Below are positions 28,170 to 38,708 of a stretch of 55,545 nucleotides of DNA, in pieces (position 1 is the first letter of the stretch; the number at the start of each line of letters is the position of its first letter). Below the pieces are notes generated by a model, which was given only the letters and a program-made list of their open reading frames with translations, had not been told where the DNA came from and did no database searches. Both the position numbers and the translations under genes were made by a program. This DNA comes from Candidatus Roizmanbacteria bacterium GW2011_GWA2_37_7 (lineage in GTDB: Bacteria; Patescibacteriota; Microgenomatia; UBA1406; GWC2-37-13). The stretch lies in assembly GCA_000990445.1 (NCBI GenBank), contig LBTJ01000001.1, positions 1-55,545 of the forward strand, read 5' to 3'.

Positions 28170-29351
28170 TTATGGTGTACAAATAACAGGTTTGGCTATT
28201 CCAAGCTGCGACATAATAGCAACGACTTCATCTGAGCAAAGTGTTTGTGTATTAATATTGAGTGTTACGACAAATGTCGTTGATGGAGCGGGAGTTGGTG
28301 CTTCAAGCACATTATTATTTCCTGAGATAACTGGTAAATAATATAATAAGCGCTGCTTTAATGTGGGCGTTGGTGTGAACGTTGGTGTGGGTGTTGGATT
28401 ATCTGGCTCGTCGGGTATTAGTGCATCTTCTGGAATGTCTGGAATATTTGGCTCGGGAGAGTTTGTGGGAGTTGGTTCTTGCTCAATAATATCTTTTTCC
28501 GGAACACCGCCCCAGTAGTCTGGCTTAAATATTGAGATAAATGGACCGTTGTCTCGAACCCCAACCAACACACTGCTTCCGCTTGCTTTGCCAAGAATAT
28601 GGCCCGGAAGCACCATGGGTAATTGTATTGGGTTTAAATCTGCGCCCGCTGCTTCTTGTGCGCCTTTTGCCTTATTGTAAGCATTTTGTATCTGCTGGTC
28701 GACGCAGATATTTTTAACATAGATCCAATATCCTCCACTGCAGATTTGACCACTTGCACATGTTTTTGTGCCGGTGAAATACTCATGTCTTCCGATATGA
28801 AGCGTCACACGATCGGAAGCTGCAAACACAACCATCGCCTCATATCCTCCGCCAATATCATATCCTGTACCTGGCATTTTAATATCTCGATTCTCTGAGT
28901 CAACGGGCACCTCAAGGACGTATGTGCCCCCAATGCTTGGAAGGTCGTATGCCGCGATAAGGCGTTTTGGTTTGTATCCAAACATTGAGGCCATCATATT
29001 CCTAACATTTCCATCTACTGGTCCGCCGTCTGTTTTTGTAAGTGTCAAAACGCCTTCGTCGCTTATTGACTGGAGGTTGGATGTGTCGACCAAACCGTCA
29101 TAGTCGCTTCTGTGCTGGCTAATTGGCCAACGATTTTCTGCGTTTGATGCGTCAGTTTCTGTTTGTCCAAGAGGTATTGGCACACCAGAATCATACGGAC
29201 AGCTCGTGGCTTCGGCATATGAACTGGTGGTTTTTGAGGTTGTGTTTAAAGTACTCGATAATAATATCGCTGCTCCAGTGATCACCAGCACCCCAACAAC
29301 AATTAATGTTGACGCTTCTGCGCGTATAAGCTTTTTGCTTTTTTTACTCAT
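28170..29351 (-). CDS. Membrane-anchored surface protein with Pro/Thr-rich tail
   Basis: N-terminal TM, globular region, PTPTPTFTPTPT repeats, YYLPVIS motif. Confidence 0.75.
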   Translation of the reverse strand: MSKKSKKLIRAEASTLIVVGVLVITGAAILLSSTLNTTSKTTSSYAEATSCPYDSGVPIPLGQTETDASNAENRWPISQHRSDYDGLVDTSNLQSISDEGVLTLTKTDGGPVDGNVRNMMASMFGYKPKRLIAAYDLPSIGGTYVLEVPVDSENRDIKMPGTGYDIGGGYEAMVVFAASDRVTLHIGRHEYFTGTKTCASGQICSGGYWIYVKNICVDQQIQNAYNKAKGAQEAAGADLNPIQLPMVLPGHILGKASGSSVLVGVRDNGPFISIFKPDYWGGVPEKDIIEQEPTPTNSPEPNIPDIPEDALIPDEPDNPTPTPTFTPTPTLKQRLLYYLPVISGNNNVLEAPTPAPSTTFVVTLNINTQTLCSDEVVAIMSQLGIAKPVICTP

Positions 29352-29464
29352 GCGTACTTTGATTATAGTAGGAAAACAACACCAACACAATCAAATAATA
29401 AACTCTGACTGTTGCAAGAAATGTCCTTATCATCTATGATGTATGCGTTAGCATGTAATGTATT

Positions 29465-30535
29465 ATGAGCCGTCCGTACCTTATCGTTCCACAACTGATC
29501 AAACAACCCACGTGGGGGGGGGACTATATTTTACGTCTTAAAAAATGGAATAAAAAACAATATCAAGGAGTAAAAATTGGGCAAAGCTACGAACTTTCTG
29601 GCTCCTCACGGCTTGCTACTTATGCCAGCCACAGCGACGACCTTCAAGACATGATGGATTCAAATAACGACCAATGTATACTAATTTCCGAAATTGAGCC
29701 GGTGAATCTACTTATTAAACTCAATCAGGCTTTTGGCAACTCATTTCAGCTTCATATCAAGCCGAATTTGCACAGCGCTCGATGGAAACCAAAACCAGAA
29801 TCGTGGTATTTCCTTGAAGACGGACTTATCACGCTGGGAGTGTGTCATGATACTGATCTTGGACAATATAAAAATACATGTGTTGAGATTGATGTATTTA
29901 TGAATAATCTGTCAAAACAAGTAAAAAACAGCGAGATTTCTCTTATGGCTGCACGACAACAAGCAAAAAATTTTGTCCAGAAAAAAAATCCATGGCAGTT
30001 TGTGAACAAATACCGCGTTGCAAAATACAACCTTATTGATCTTTCAATTGGGGGCATCCATCATTCGTGGGAAGAAGATATGGTGAATAATCCCAACGGA
30101 AATATTGTATTTGAGGTCCAGCTTGAGGCGGGCGATGATAAAGCAACAATACGCGCATTTGACCAGGGAAAAATAAAAGATGACGGGTCAATTCGAAAAC
30201 TTAATATTGATGATTATTTTAATAATCTTAATAATGATCCGTCTCATAACGACATTTCTTTTTTAAAACGTGCAAAACAGAATGGTAATCTCTTAAAAAC
30301 TCAGTATTATACTGTTGACATTATAAAAATAGATAGTGAGATTTGTGTTGAGGGGATAAAAACATATCAGCACCTCTATGTGCGCGACGGCGCAGTGTGT
30401 GTTGTTGGCGGAAACACTTCGGTTGTTGTAAAGAAAGGAAATTCTTGTTTTCTTCCCTCTTCGGCCACCAAGTATATCATTCAAAAAAATGAACCCAAAT
30501 CTGTTGTTCTAAGAACATATCCTATATATAGTTAA
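29465..30535 (+). CDS. Mannose-6-phosphate isomerase, class I (cupin)-like
   Basis: PTWGG, IGQSYE, LLIK...SFQLH, KPESWY, GIHH, FEVQ. Confidence 0.75.
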   Translation: MSRPYLIVPQLIKQPTWGGDYILRLKKWNKKQYQGVKIGQSYELSGSSRLATYASHSDDLQDMMDSNNDQCILISEIEPVNLLIKLNQAFGNSFQLHIKPNLHSARWKPKPESWYFLEDGLITLGVCHDTDLGQYKNTCVEIDVFMNNLSKQVKNSEISLMAARQQAKNFVQKKNPWQFVNKYRVAKYNLIDLSIGGIHHSWEEDMVNNPNGNIVFEVQLEAGDDKATIRAFDQGKIKDDGSIRKLNIDDYFNNLNNDPSHNDISFLKRAKQNGNLLKTQYYTVDIIKIDSEICVEGIKTYQHLYVRDGAVCVVGGNTSVVVKKGNSCFLPSSATKYIIQKNEPKSVVLRTYPIYS

Positions 30536-30577
30536 GTAAAATAAATAAATAATTTGTATTATTAATTATTTAGATAT

Positions 30578-31867
30578 ATGCAATTTTATTATAAAAATAC
30601 TGCTCTTATTGATTCTTCCTCGCTTTCAAAATATCTTTCAAAACTTGAGACATATTGTGTACGTCTACAAAATGTTGTTTTTGGTGGAGGATATGATGAG
30701 CTTGAGGGATCGATCAATCTCCCGTCTGATGAAAATCTTTTTAATGATGTATGTGCGCTTGTAAAAAAAATAGAAACAAAAACGCTCCAATATATTATTG
30801 TTGTTGGAATTGGAGGATCAAATTTAGGAACAAAGGCGATATATGATGCACTTTTTGGATATTACGACGTCTTAGATTGTGAACGATTTCCGAAGATTAT
30901 TTTCCTTGATACGCAGGATCCAGATGTGCTTATGAAGATTGGCCGACTTATAGAAAAACTCTCTCATAAAGACCAAATAGTAATAAATGCAATAAGTAAG
31001 TCTGGCAGCACCACCGAAACTGCTGCAAACCTTGAGGTCGTCTCTTCTACTCTTTTTCACAAATTCGGAAATATTTCTGATCGTTTTGTGTTTACAACTG
31101 ACGAAGAGTCAAATATGTATAATATTGCTAAAAAAATACATATTAAAACTCTTGTTATTCCTAAAAAAATCGGTGGCCGCTACTCTGTTTTGTCTTCTGT
31201 TGGTTTGTTTCCATTGATGCTTGTTGGACTTGATGTTATTAAGCTTCGACAAGGTGCGGAAAATGTGCGGAAAATGTGCGTGAATTCTTCTATGCTGGTA
31301 AATCCTTCGGCAATTTCTTCGGCTTTGCTTTATCATTATTATCTTTGTGGAAAAAATATAAACGACAACTTTATTTTCCTTCCTCAACTTGAGTCTTTGG
31401 GAAAGTGGTATAGGCAGTTGATGGGGGAGAGTATTGGAAAAAACGGGAAAGGCATCACGCCAACTATTTCTATCGGCTCCACCGACCTTCACTCTGTTGG
31501 CCAACTTTATTTGGGTGGTCCAAAAGACAAAATCACATCATTTATTTATAGTCAGGAAGTAGACCAAGGAATTTCGGTTCCAAACAATCCTCGGTTTGGA
31601 CTTGTTCCGGAAATTGAAGGAAAGAAAATTTATGAAATCATAAATGCTATTGTTTCTGGAACTAAAATTGCATATCAAAAACAAAAGCTTCCGTTTGTTG
31701 AGATTGTGCTTGATGGGATAAGGGAAGAAGAAATTGGTGCTTTTATGCAGTTTAAAATGATTGAAATGATGTATCTGGCGAAACTTCTTAAGGTTAACGC
31801 CTTTGACCAGCCGCATGTTGAGCTGTATAAAATAGAGACAAAAAAAATACTGGAAGGGAGAGTTTAA
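30578..31867 (+). CDS. pgi: Glucose-6-phosphate isomerase
   Basis: GIGGSNLG, ISKSGSTTET, IGGRYSVLS, QLMGESIGK, DLHSVGQ, FDQPHVELYK. Confidence 0.95.
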   Translation: MQFYYKNTALIDSSSLSKYLSKLETYCVRLQNVVFGGGYDELEGSINLPSDENLFNDVCALVKKIETKTLQYIIVVGIGGSNLGTKAIYDALFGYYDVLDCERFPKIIFLDTQDPDVLMKIGRLIEKLSHKDQIVINAISKSGSTTETAANLEVVSSTLFHKFGNISDRFVFTTDEESNMYNIAKKIHIKTLVIPKKIGGRYSVLSSVGLFPLMLVGLDVIKLRQGAENVRKMCVNSSMLVNPSAISSALLYHYYLCGKNINDNFIFLPQLESLGKWYRQLMGESIGKNGKGITPTISIGSTDLHSVGQLYLGGPKDKITSFIYSQEVDQGISVPNNPRFGLVPEIEGKKIYEIINAIVSGTKIAYQKQKLPFVEIVLDGIREEEIGAFMQFKMIEMMYLAKLLKVNAFDQPHVELYKIETKKILEGRV

Positions 31868-31868
31868 T

Positions 31869-32879
31869 TCACGCATTTTTTAGTTGGTTTGCGGTTCTGG
31901 CATGCGGTACATATTCATGAAGTATTGTTTCCACAAAAAGAAGTATTGGTATTGCAAGTAGAACGCCCAAAATACCACCAATACGACCACCAAGAAGAAG
32001 GGCAATAAGGGTTAAAATTGGGTTTAATCCAACTGCTTTTTTCATAATAATCGGCACAATTAAGTTGTTTTCAAGTTGTTGTACGATTATATACAACGCT
32101 GTTGCTGAAAACCCAGTAAAATAGTTTTGGCTAAATCCAATAATAATCGCAGGAATGGCAGATATTACCGGGCCGATGTTTGGCACAACTTCAAGAAGGC
32201 CTGCTAGAACTGCAAGAGGAAGCGCATATCTGACCCCAACGAGTAAAAGACCAACATAGGTAAGGGTTCCAACAACAGTCATAAGAACGATCTCTCCCCA
32301 AAACCAAGAAGACATGCGCTTCTCTGCGCAAGAGAGGGTGTTTGAGAGTTTATCTGCGATATTTTTACCAAAATAGTGGTGAAGAAATCTGTCAACGAGC
32401 GTTTCTTCAAGTAGGAAATATAATGCAAAAAACATTGTGGTAACGACAAAAAGCGTGTTTGAAAACACAGAAGATATAAAGTTAAAAATATTGTTCGTGA
32501 CGTCTGGAATGTATTTTGTTAAGTTGGTTGGGTCTGTAATGTTTTTAATATATGGAAAAGTTTGCTGAAAGATTATCGGCAAGCTTCGAATAAGGTTTGA
32601 TGTCTCTATAATTATTGGTGGAATGATCACTGAAATGATTGAGATAAAGAAAAGAATAAATACAAGATATACAAGAGTGACGGCAAGTCCGCGTGGTATT
32701 TTTTTTCTGACTAAATAGACTACTCCTGGCCGGAGAGCGCTCATAATAATAAACGCAATAAGAAGCGAAAATAGAATGTCTCGGACAAACCAAAGGAAAA
32801 ACAAAGAAAGGGGTATTAGGGTAAAGAGCGCTATTGATCTTGGTGTAATGGTTATTATAATGTTGTTATTTTGCTTCAT
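31869..32879 (-). CDS. AI-2E (PerM) family transporter
   Basis: Multi-TM; VPNIGP, QQLENNLIVP, GILGVLLAIP. Confidence 0.9.
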   Translation of the reverse strand: MKQNNNIIITITPRSIALFTLIPLSLFFLWFVRDILFSLLIAFIIMSALRPGVVYLVRKKIPRGLAVTLVYLVFILFFISIISVIIPPIIIETSNLIRSLPIIFQQTFPYIKNITDPTNLTKYIPDVTNNIFNFISSVFSNTLFVVTTMFFALYFLLEETLVDRFLHHYFGKNIADKLSNTLSCAEKRMSSWFWGEIVLMTVVGTLTYVGLLLVGVRYALPLAVLAGLLEVVPNIGPVISAIPAIIIGFSQNYFTGFSATALYIIVQQLENNLIVPIIMKKAVGLNPILTLIALLLGGRIGGILGVLLAIPILLFVETILHEYVPHARTANQLKNA

Positions 32880-32911
32880 GTTTTTTCATTATACACTACG
32901 CGGGTTTGTGA

Positions 32912-34009
32912 CTACTCTTGTATTCTCACCGGCATAATAATGTGAAAAAAGGCTTTGTCCCCTTTTGCTTTAAATAGAGCGGGTGTGTCGGAATGGAGCA
33001 GCTCTATAACAACTTCGTTGGCAGAAACATTGTTCAAAAAGTCTATTACATATCTATAATTAAATGCGACGCGGACAGGATCTCCTTCAATTTCAATATC
33101 TTGTGTTGTTGAATTTTCGGCATTCGCCTCTTTTTTTGGTGACAATATCAACCCTTTCTTGGAGAAATCGTACATGATCACGTTCGAGTAGTCGCGCGCA
33201 AAGATTGAGATTATTTTCGTGTTCCTCAAAAGCTCGTCGCGATTAAGGATAACTGTGGTCTTCTTGTCCTCTGGGATAACTCGTTCATATGGAGGAAACT
33301 CCCCATCAATCAGTCGTGAAAAAAACTCTTTGTTTCCAACGACAAAACGGACAATCTGCTCTGTTTCTGAGTAAGCGAAACCTATTTCCTCTTGATCTTT
33401 CGCTTGTTTTTGGACCTCTCGCAGAAACTCTGAGGGTACGATCATGGACGAAAATGCCTCTTTTCTTTTTTCCTTCACAACAGAAAGTCGGAATCCGTCT
33501 GTTGCTACGAGCGTGAGCTCTCCTTCGGTTGCAACAAAGTTCACCCCAGTTAAAACAGGGCGCGACTCATCGGCTGAGGAGGCAAATAAGAGACAAGAAA
33601 GTTTTCCAAGCAAAAACTCTTTATCAATTTTCTGCTCTTTTTCTTTGAGCTTTGGAGGAAAAGGAAAATCTTCTGCAACAATGAGGGGAAAGTTTCCTTT
33701 TGTTTTCCCTTGTTTTATCTGCAGGCCGGCTTTCTGGATATCAACGTCAATAGCTCCTGCCGGGAGAATCTGCAGAAACTCCATTAGTTTTTTTGGTTCT
33801 GTGAAAAATTCGACTCTGTTTGGGACAATCAGTGGCAATGTAATATGGCAGAAAGAATTTAAGTCGGTTGCGTAGAGATGCATAAATGTTTTATCAAGCA
33901 AGATAAAAATTCCTTGTAGAGCGGCTGGTGTATTGATTTTGTCTGAAGAAAACCTGTGTGCGGTTTGAGCGCTTTCAAAAAATTGAGCCTTATCTATTGA
34001 GAATCTCAT
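32912..34009 (-). CDS. dnaN: DNA polymerase III beta clamp
   Basis: ATDL, SRPVLTGV, VATDGFRLS, RLIDGEFP, IMPVR. Confidence 0.97.
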   Translation of the reverse strand: MRFSIDKAQFFESAQTAHRFSSDKINTPAALQGIFILLDKTFMHLYATDLNSFCHITLPLIVPNRVEFFTEPKKLMEFLQILPAGAIDVDIQKAGLQIKQGKTKGNFPLIVAEDFPFPPKLKEKEQKIDKEFLLGKLSCLLFASSADESRPVLTGVNFVATEGELTLVATDGFRLSVVKEKRKEAFSSMIVPSEFLREVQKQAKDQEEIGFAYSETEQIVRFVVGNKEFFSRLIDGEFPPYERVIPEDKKTTVILNRDELLRNTKIISIFARDYSNVIMYDFSKKGLILSPKKEANAENSTTQDIEIEGDPVRVAFNYRYVIDFLNNVSANEVVIELLHSDTPALFKAKGDKAFFHIIMPVRIQE

Positions 34010-34125
34010 TGATAGTTATATATAAAATAGTAGTATTAGGGACTGTGCATAAGTGTATAAAATATCAGGTGGATTTTCAAGACAGAAAGAAGATAAAAAA
34101 AACCAATGTTCATAAGGTGTGAAAA
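34010..34125 (-). other. oriC unwinding region: DnaA box, GC spacer, DnaA-trios and AT tract
   Basis: Minus strand TTATGCACA-GTCCC-TAA-TAC-TAC-TAT-TTTATATATAA (box at 34044-34052). More degenerate boxes near 34052 and 34107. Confidence 0.8.
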
Positions 34126-35451
34126 TCATGTTGACACAAAAAGAGACCTTGTAATGGACGAGAGCTCTTCGCGGAAAGAGCCATCTCTCATATTGAGATT
34201 TCTTACTTTATTCATCGCATGAATGACCGTTGTGTGATCCTTGCGCTTGACTAGAAACGCGACCTCTTCGAGATTTAGCCGAAGTTCGCTGCGCAGGAGG
34301 AACATAGCCACCTGGCGCGCAAGAGCAATGGCGCTTTTGCGCGAAGCCCCTTTCAGCTGCGACTGTGTTACGTCATAAAATGAACAAACCGCCTTTATTA
34401 TGTCTTGCGGAGCAAGTTTTTGTTTTCTGCTTTTTGCTTTGTCATGAAAAAAATCTTCAATAAGCTCAAGACTTACAGCCTGTCCGTTTGCAACACCACG
34501 AGCATACAAGGACAAGAGCGTTCCCTCAAGCGATCGCGTATCAATGACGGTTTCAGCAATTATTTTTGCCGCCTCAATATCAATTTCAATATTTTTCTCC
34601 CGTGCTTTAATAAGCAAAATAGCGGTGCGCAACTCAAAATCTGGCTGTTGGATGTCGACGATAAGTCCGCCAGAAAAACGCGAACGAAGCCGGTCTTCAA
34701 GTTTTTGAATTTCTTGTGGTGGGCGGTCCGATGTCAACACAACCTGCCCACCAGCCGAAACAACACTATTGAACGTGTGGAAAAATTCTTCTTGCACTGT
34801 TTGTTTTCCTGCAATAAACTGTATATCGTCTATTACAATAAGCCGAAGTGAGCGATATTTCTTTCTGAAGCGCGGCGTTGTTTTTCCACGGATAGATTCA
34901 ATAAGCTCGTTCATAAAAGTTTCGCTCGAACAGAACAAAACATCGCTTGTGGCATCTTCCTCAAGCACCACGTGGGCGATGGCCTGGGCCAAATGTGTTT
35001 TTCCAAACCCAACACCGCCATAAAAAAACAAAGGATTATATGAAGATCCTGGAGTTTTTCCCACAGCCTGAGCAGCGGCAAACGCAACTTGATTTGTTGG
35101 AGAGACAGCGAAGTTTTCAAATGTAAAGTTTGCGCGAAGCCCTGCCCTACGAAAGACATCTTCTTTTGAAGGCTGAAAACTGAGCAGTGGACTTTCAGAT
35201 GCGCCTTGGTCGGCTCGCATTAAAAATTCCACTCGTGTCTTTTTTTGTGCGTATAGTGTAAGGCTGCGTTCAATGTCTTGTTTTTTCTTTTCTAAATATT
35301 TTTTTGCCCCCATACTGGCACAAGACAAAATAACAACATCGTCTTTGATCTTAATTGGTAGAGCGTCTTTCAAAATAGAATAGTAGATGGGATTTTTCCT
35401 TTTTTTATCCTTGATAGCGGCAAGAAACTCGTCCCAAAAAGACTTTAACAT
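34126..35451 (-). CDS. dnaA: Chromosomal replication initiator DnaA
   Basis: YNPLFFYGGVGFGKTHL, IDDIQF, QEEFFHTFN, RLRSRF, RKDHTTVIHA. Confidence 0.98.
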   Translation of the reverse strand: MLKSFWDEFLAAIKDKKRKNPIYYSILKDALPIKIKDDVVILSCASMGAKKYLEKKKQDIERSLTLYAQKKTRVEFLMRADQGASESPLLSFQPSKEDVFRRAGLRANFTFENFAVSPTNQVAFAAAQAVGKTPGSSYNPLFFYGGVGFGKTHLAQAIAHVVLEEDATSDVLFCSSETFMNELIESIRGKTTPRFRKKYRSLRLIVIDDIQFIAGKQTVQEEFFHTFNSVVSAGGQVVLTSDRPPQEIQKLEDRLRSRFSGGLIVDIQQPDFELRTAILLIKAREKNIEIDIEAAKIIAETVIDTRSLEGTLLSLYARGVANGQAVSLELIEDFFHDKAKSRKQKLAPQDIIKAVCSFYDVTQSQLKGASRKSAIALARQVAMFLLRSELRLNLEEVAFLVKRKDHTTVIHAMNKVRNLNMRDGSFREELSSITRSLFVST

Positions 35452-35478
35452 AAGCCAAAAATGAAAGAATGAATAAGT

Positions 35479-35497
35479 TGTGGATAAGTTGTCCACA
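35479..35497. promoter_or_regulatory. DnaA box pair upstream of dnaA
   Basis: TGTGGATAA (35479-35487) and TTGTCCACA (35489-35497). Confidence 0.8.
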
Positions 35498-35561
35498 AAC
35501 AATAAACATATTAACACAAAAAATTTATTTTTGTTTTATAAAATGTGTGATAATATAGATT

Positions 35562-36245
35562 ATGTTTTTTGATATTTTGTTTCCTGCGCGGTGCGTTGGG
35601 TGTGCGCGTATCGGGTCGTCGATCTGTTCAAACTGTGTCAAAGAAATTTATCCAATACAAAAAGACCTGTGTCCAGGCTGTTTTCAATCTTCGCCAGATG
35701 GGAAAACCCATGCGCGATGTTATGCCAAAACACATCTTGACGGAGCGCTCGCAATTGTGCGTTTTTGTGGAGTGACAAAAAAAATAATCAAAGAAGCAAA
35801 ATATCAACGAGCACACAAAGCCCTCAAAGATTTTTTTATGCATATCCCAAAACATTGGTTTAATAAAGTTCAAAAACTCCCATATAAAAATATAAGCGCA
35901 GCGCTGTGTCCAATTCCTTTACATAAAACAAGACAGAATATTAGAGGCTTTAATCAAGCAGAGATTCTCGCAAACCACTTTAAGCAAGAAATAAAGCTAC
36001 CGGTTGAAGATTTGTTAGTGAGAATAAAAAATACACCGCCGCAAGCACAACAAAAAAGTCGTGCCCTGAGAAAAGCAAATATTTATGGGGCGTTTCAAAC
36101 AAAAATATCTAAAAAACTTCCAAGCACAATCATACTTATAGACGATCTATACACGTCAGCAAGCACAGCAAACGAAGCCGCAAGAACCCTCAAAAAAAGC
36201 GGAACGACACAAGTTTTTTTGCTTGCGCTTGCGCATGGACAGTAA
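35562..36245 (+). CDS. comF: ComF family protein
   Basis: Cys pairs, PIPLH...RGFNQA, ILIDDLYTSAST. Confidence 0.9.
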   Translation: MFFDILFPARCVGCARIGSSICSNCVKEIYPIQKDLCPGCFQSSPDGKTHARCYAKTHLDGALAIVRFCGVTKKIIKEAKYQRAHKALKDFFMHIPKHWFNKVQKLPYKNISAALCPIPLHKTRQNIRGFNQAEILANHFKQEIKLPVEDLLVRIKNTPPQAQQKSRALRKANIYGAFQTKISKKLPSTIILIDDLYTSASTANEAARTLKKSGTTQVFLLALAHGQ

Positions 36246-36287
36246 TGTCTTGTTTTTCGTATCCTATAATGTTATACTAACCACACT

Positions 36288-36752
36288 ATGGAATTCAATC
36301 GACTTGTTTCATTAGTATTGGGTTTTATCGTTCTTATTCTTGCGTTTGTTTGGATAAGCAATCGGTTTCGAGCAAAAAAAACCCCTACACAAACCAATCA
36401 GCCGACAATTACTATCACCATTGCCCCGACAGGAAAAGAGGAGAAACAAGACGGAGGATGGAATCCGCTTGCGTTTTTATTTAAAAATAATACACCAACA
36501 CCAACAAACCCAGTAGCCGAAATAAACATCCCAATTAATGAACAAATAATTTCTCCTACACCCCAAACAAAAGTAAAAGTTGTCGAAGGGGGAATCGTAG
36601 ACCAAAGCAATTCATCAAACGAGCGCACAATATACACCGCTTATAATCAAAACATAGTACATCAAATCCCTGAAACAGGAGCAGCAACAGCACTTCTTCC
36701 AATTCTATCTGTGTTGTTTGCTGGCGGCATGTTGATAAAAAAATCTTCATAA
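36288..36752 (+). CDS. Membrane protein with C-terminal LPXTG-like sorting signal
   Basis: N-terminal TM; IPETG followed by a hydrophobic stretch and KK. Confidence 0.7.
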   Translation: MEFNRLVSLVLGFIVLILAFVWISNRFRAKKTPTQTNQPTITITIAPTGKEEKQDGGWNPLAFLFKNNTPTPTNPVAEINIPINEQIISPTPQTKVKVVEGGIVDQSNSSNERTIYTAYNQNIVHQIPETGAATALLPILSVLFAGGMLIKKSS

Positions 36753-36861
36753 TCTTGCGTTAAAATTTTGTCCTTCGTTATACCATTACTCCATTGTATT
36801 GTTTGCATTTTTTCAATGTGTTTGTAATAATGAGTGATGTTAATATTTGTCACTTGTCACC

Positions 36862-37905
36862 ATGAATAAAAAACCAACAAACAACGAACAAAACCCCAAA
36901 AGCAAAGCAATAAACCTTGCAATTGAGCAAATTCAGAAGCAGTTTGGAAAAGGCGCCATTATGAAGCTGGGAGCAGGTCCAGCAACCCCAGTAGAAGTAA
37001 TCTCGACTGGCATTTTACCCCTTGATCTTGCTCTGGGAGTTGGGGGAATTCCACGCGGAAGAATTGTAGAAATCTATGGTCCAGAAGCATCGGGAAAGAC
37101 AACTGTTACGCTATCGCTTGTATCTCAGGTTCAAAAAAAAGGAGGCACAGCGGCGTTTATTGATGCAGAGCACGCGGTTGACCCCACATGGGCAGAAATT
37201 CTCGGTGTGAATCTAGACGATCTTCTTATATCTCAACCAGACACTGGAGAGCAGGCATTGGAAATTACCGAAACCCTTGTTCGTTCAGGGGCGGTTGATC
37301 TTATTGTAATTGACTCAGTAGCCGCCCTTGTGCCGCGTTCAGAAATTGAAGGAGACATGGGGGATGCACAAATGGGTTTACAAGCACGGCTCATGTCGCA
37401 AGCACTTCGGAAGCTTACTGCGGTTGTTTCAAAATCAAAAACAACCATTGTGTTTACGAATCAACTTCGTATGAAAATTGGCATTATGTTTGGAAATCCA
37501 GAAACAACCCCAGGAGGCATGGCTCTCAAGTTTTATGCCTCTGTGCGCATGGAAGTGCGAAAAATCCAAACACTCAAAAAAGGAGATGAGGTTATTGGCG
37601 CAAGGGTACGCGTTAAGGTTGTTAAAAACAAAGTGGCGCCGCCGTTTAAGAAAGCAGAGTTTAGCATCACTCCTGAGGGGGTGGACAATCTTGGTTCGCT
37701 CATTGACATTGCGGCAGAAAAAAAGATTTTGGAGAAAAGCGGGGCATTTTATAAATATAACAATGAAGTTGTTGGTCAAGGGATAGATCAAGTAAAAAAC
37801 ACGCTCAAAGACAACACAAAAATGCAAAAAGAAATTGAAAAAAAAGTCTACGCAACCCTTTCTATAAACAAACCAACTCAAGAAACAAAAGACCAAAAAC
37901 AATAA
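36862..37905 (+). CDS. recA: Recombinase A
   Basis: [33 protein letters not shown]. Confidence 0.99.
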   Translation: MNKKPTNNEQNPKSKAINLAIEQIQKQFGKGAIMKLGAGPATPVEVISTGILPLDLALGVGGIPRGRIVEIYGPEASGKTTVTLSLVSQVQKKGGTAAFIDAEHAVDPTWAEILGVNLDDLLISQPDTGEQALEITETLVRSGAVDLIVIDSVAALVPRSEIEGDMGDAQMGLQARLMSQALRKLTAVVSKSKTTIVFTNQLRMKIGIMFGNPETTPGGMALKFYASVRMEVRKIQTLKKGDEVIGARVRVKVVKNKVAPPFKKAEFSITPEGVDNLGSLIDIAAEKKILEKSGAFYKYNNEVVGQGIDQVKNTLKDNTKMQKEIEKKVYATLSINKPTQETKDQKQ

Positions 37906-37944
37906 AAAGAAAAAAAACACACAAACTTAGAAACAAATTAATGT

Positions 37945-38433
37945 ATGAATCAGCGTCAAAAACAAGTACAAATACTTATAGAAAAGGCGCTGTTTTATCT
38001 ACGCTTCCGTGCGCGAAGCGAACAAGAGATGAGACAGTATCTTCAAAAAAAATCACAAACATACAGGTTTGATGAAGAGAATATAAAAGATACGATTGAC
38101 CATCTTATAAAGCACAAATATATTGACGATAACAAGTTCGCTCAAGCATATGTGCGATCAAGAACGTATATAAATCCAAAAGGTAACTACGCAATAATTC
38201 AAGAATTACTTCAAAAAGGGATTAAGAAAAAAATTATTGATTTAGCGCTTCAAACAAGCGAGATTGACGAATATTCACGTGCACTGAGCGTATTGAAGAA
38301 AAAAAACAACTCTCTCGCTCCTCTACCAGCGCACCAAAAGAAAGCCCGTGCCTTGGCACATTTACAAAGAAGGGGGTTTTCGTATGATACCGCAATTCAA
38401 GCATATAAGCAGTATTTCAATACAACATTTTAA
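37945..38433 (+). CDS. recX: Regulatory protein RecX
   Basis: RARSEQE, YIDDNKFA, ELLQKGI, LQRRGF; follows recA. Confidence 0.9.
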   Translation: MNQRQKQVQILIEKALFYLRFRARSEQEMRQYLQKKSQTYRFDEENIKDTIDHLIKHKYIDDNKFAQAYVRSRTYINPKGNYAIIQELLQKGIKKKIIDLALQTSEIDEYSRALSVLKKKNNSLAPLPAHQKKARALAHLQRRGFSYDTAIQAYKQYFNTTF

Positions 38434-38459
38434 GAGTTTTATAATTCACAAGATGCTTC

Positions 38460-38488
38460 TTGAAGAATTTGGTTATACGCAGTACAAT
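38460..38488 (+). promoter_or_regulatory. Sigma70-type promoter of rny
   Basis: TTGAAG-N17-TACAAT. Confidence 0.6.
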
Positions 38489-38708
38489 AGAAGGGTTAAT
38501 AATTACTAAGACAGATCAATTATATTTTTATTTTAATATGTCACTTCCTACTCGTTTTGTATATTCCAAAACACACAAATACAAATAGAAGGCGATTATC
38601 ACACGGACCCATGACCATATGGGTGCCCGCACTTTTATGTGATTGGCGTGGACATGTTAAACTACTAAACCCCCAAAACATACAGATCCGTCTTAAATCA
38701 TAAATACT

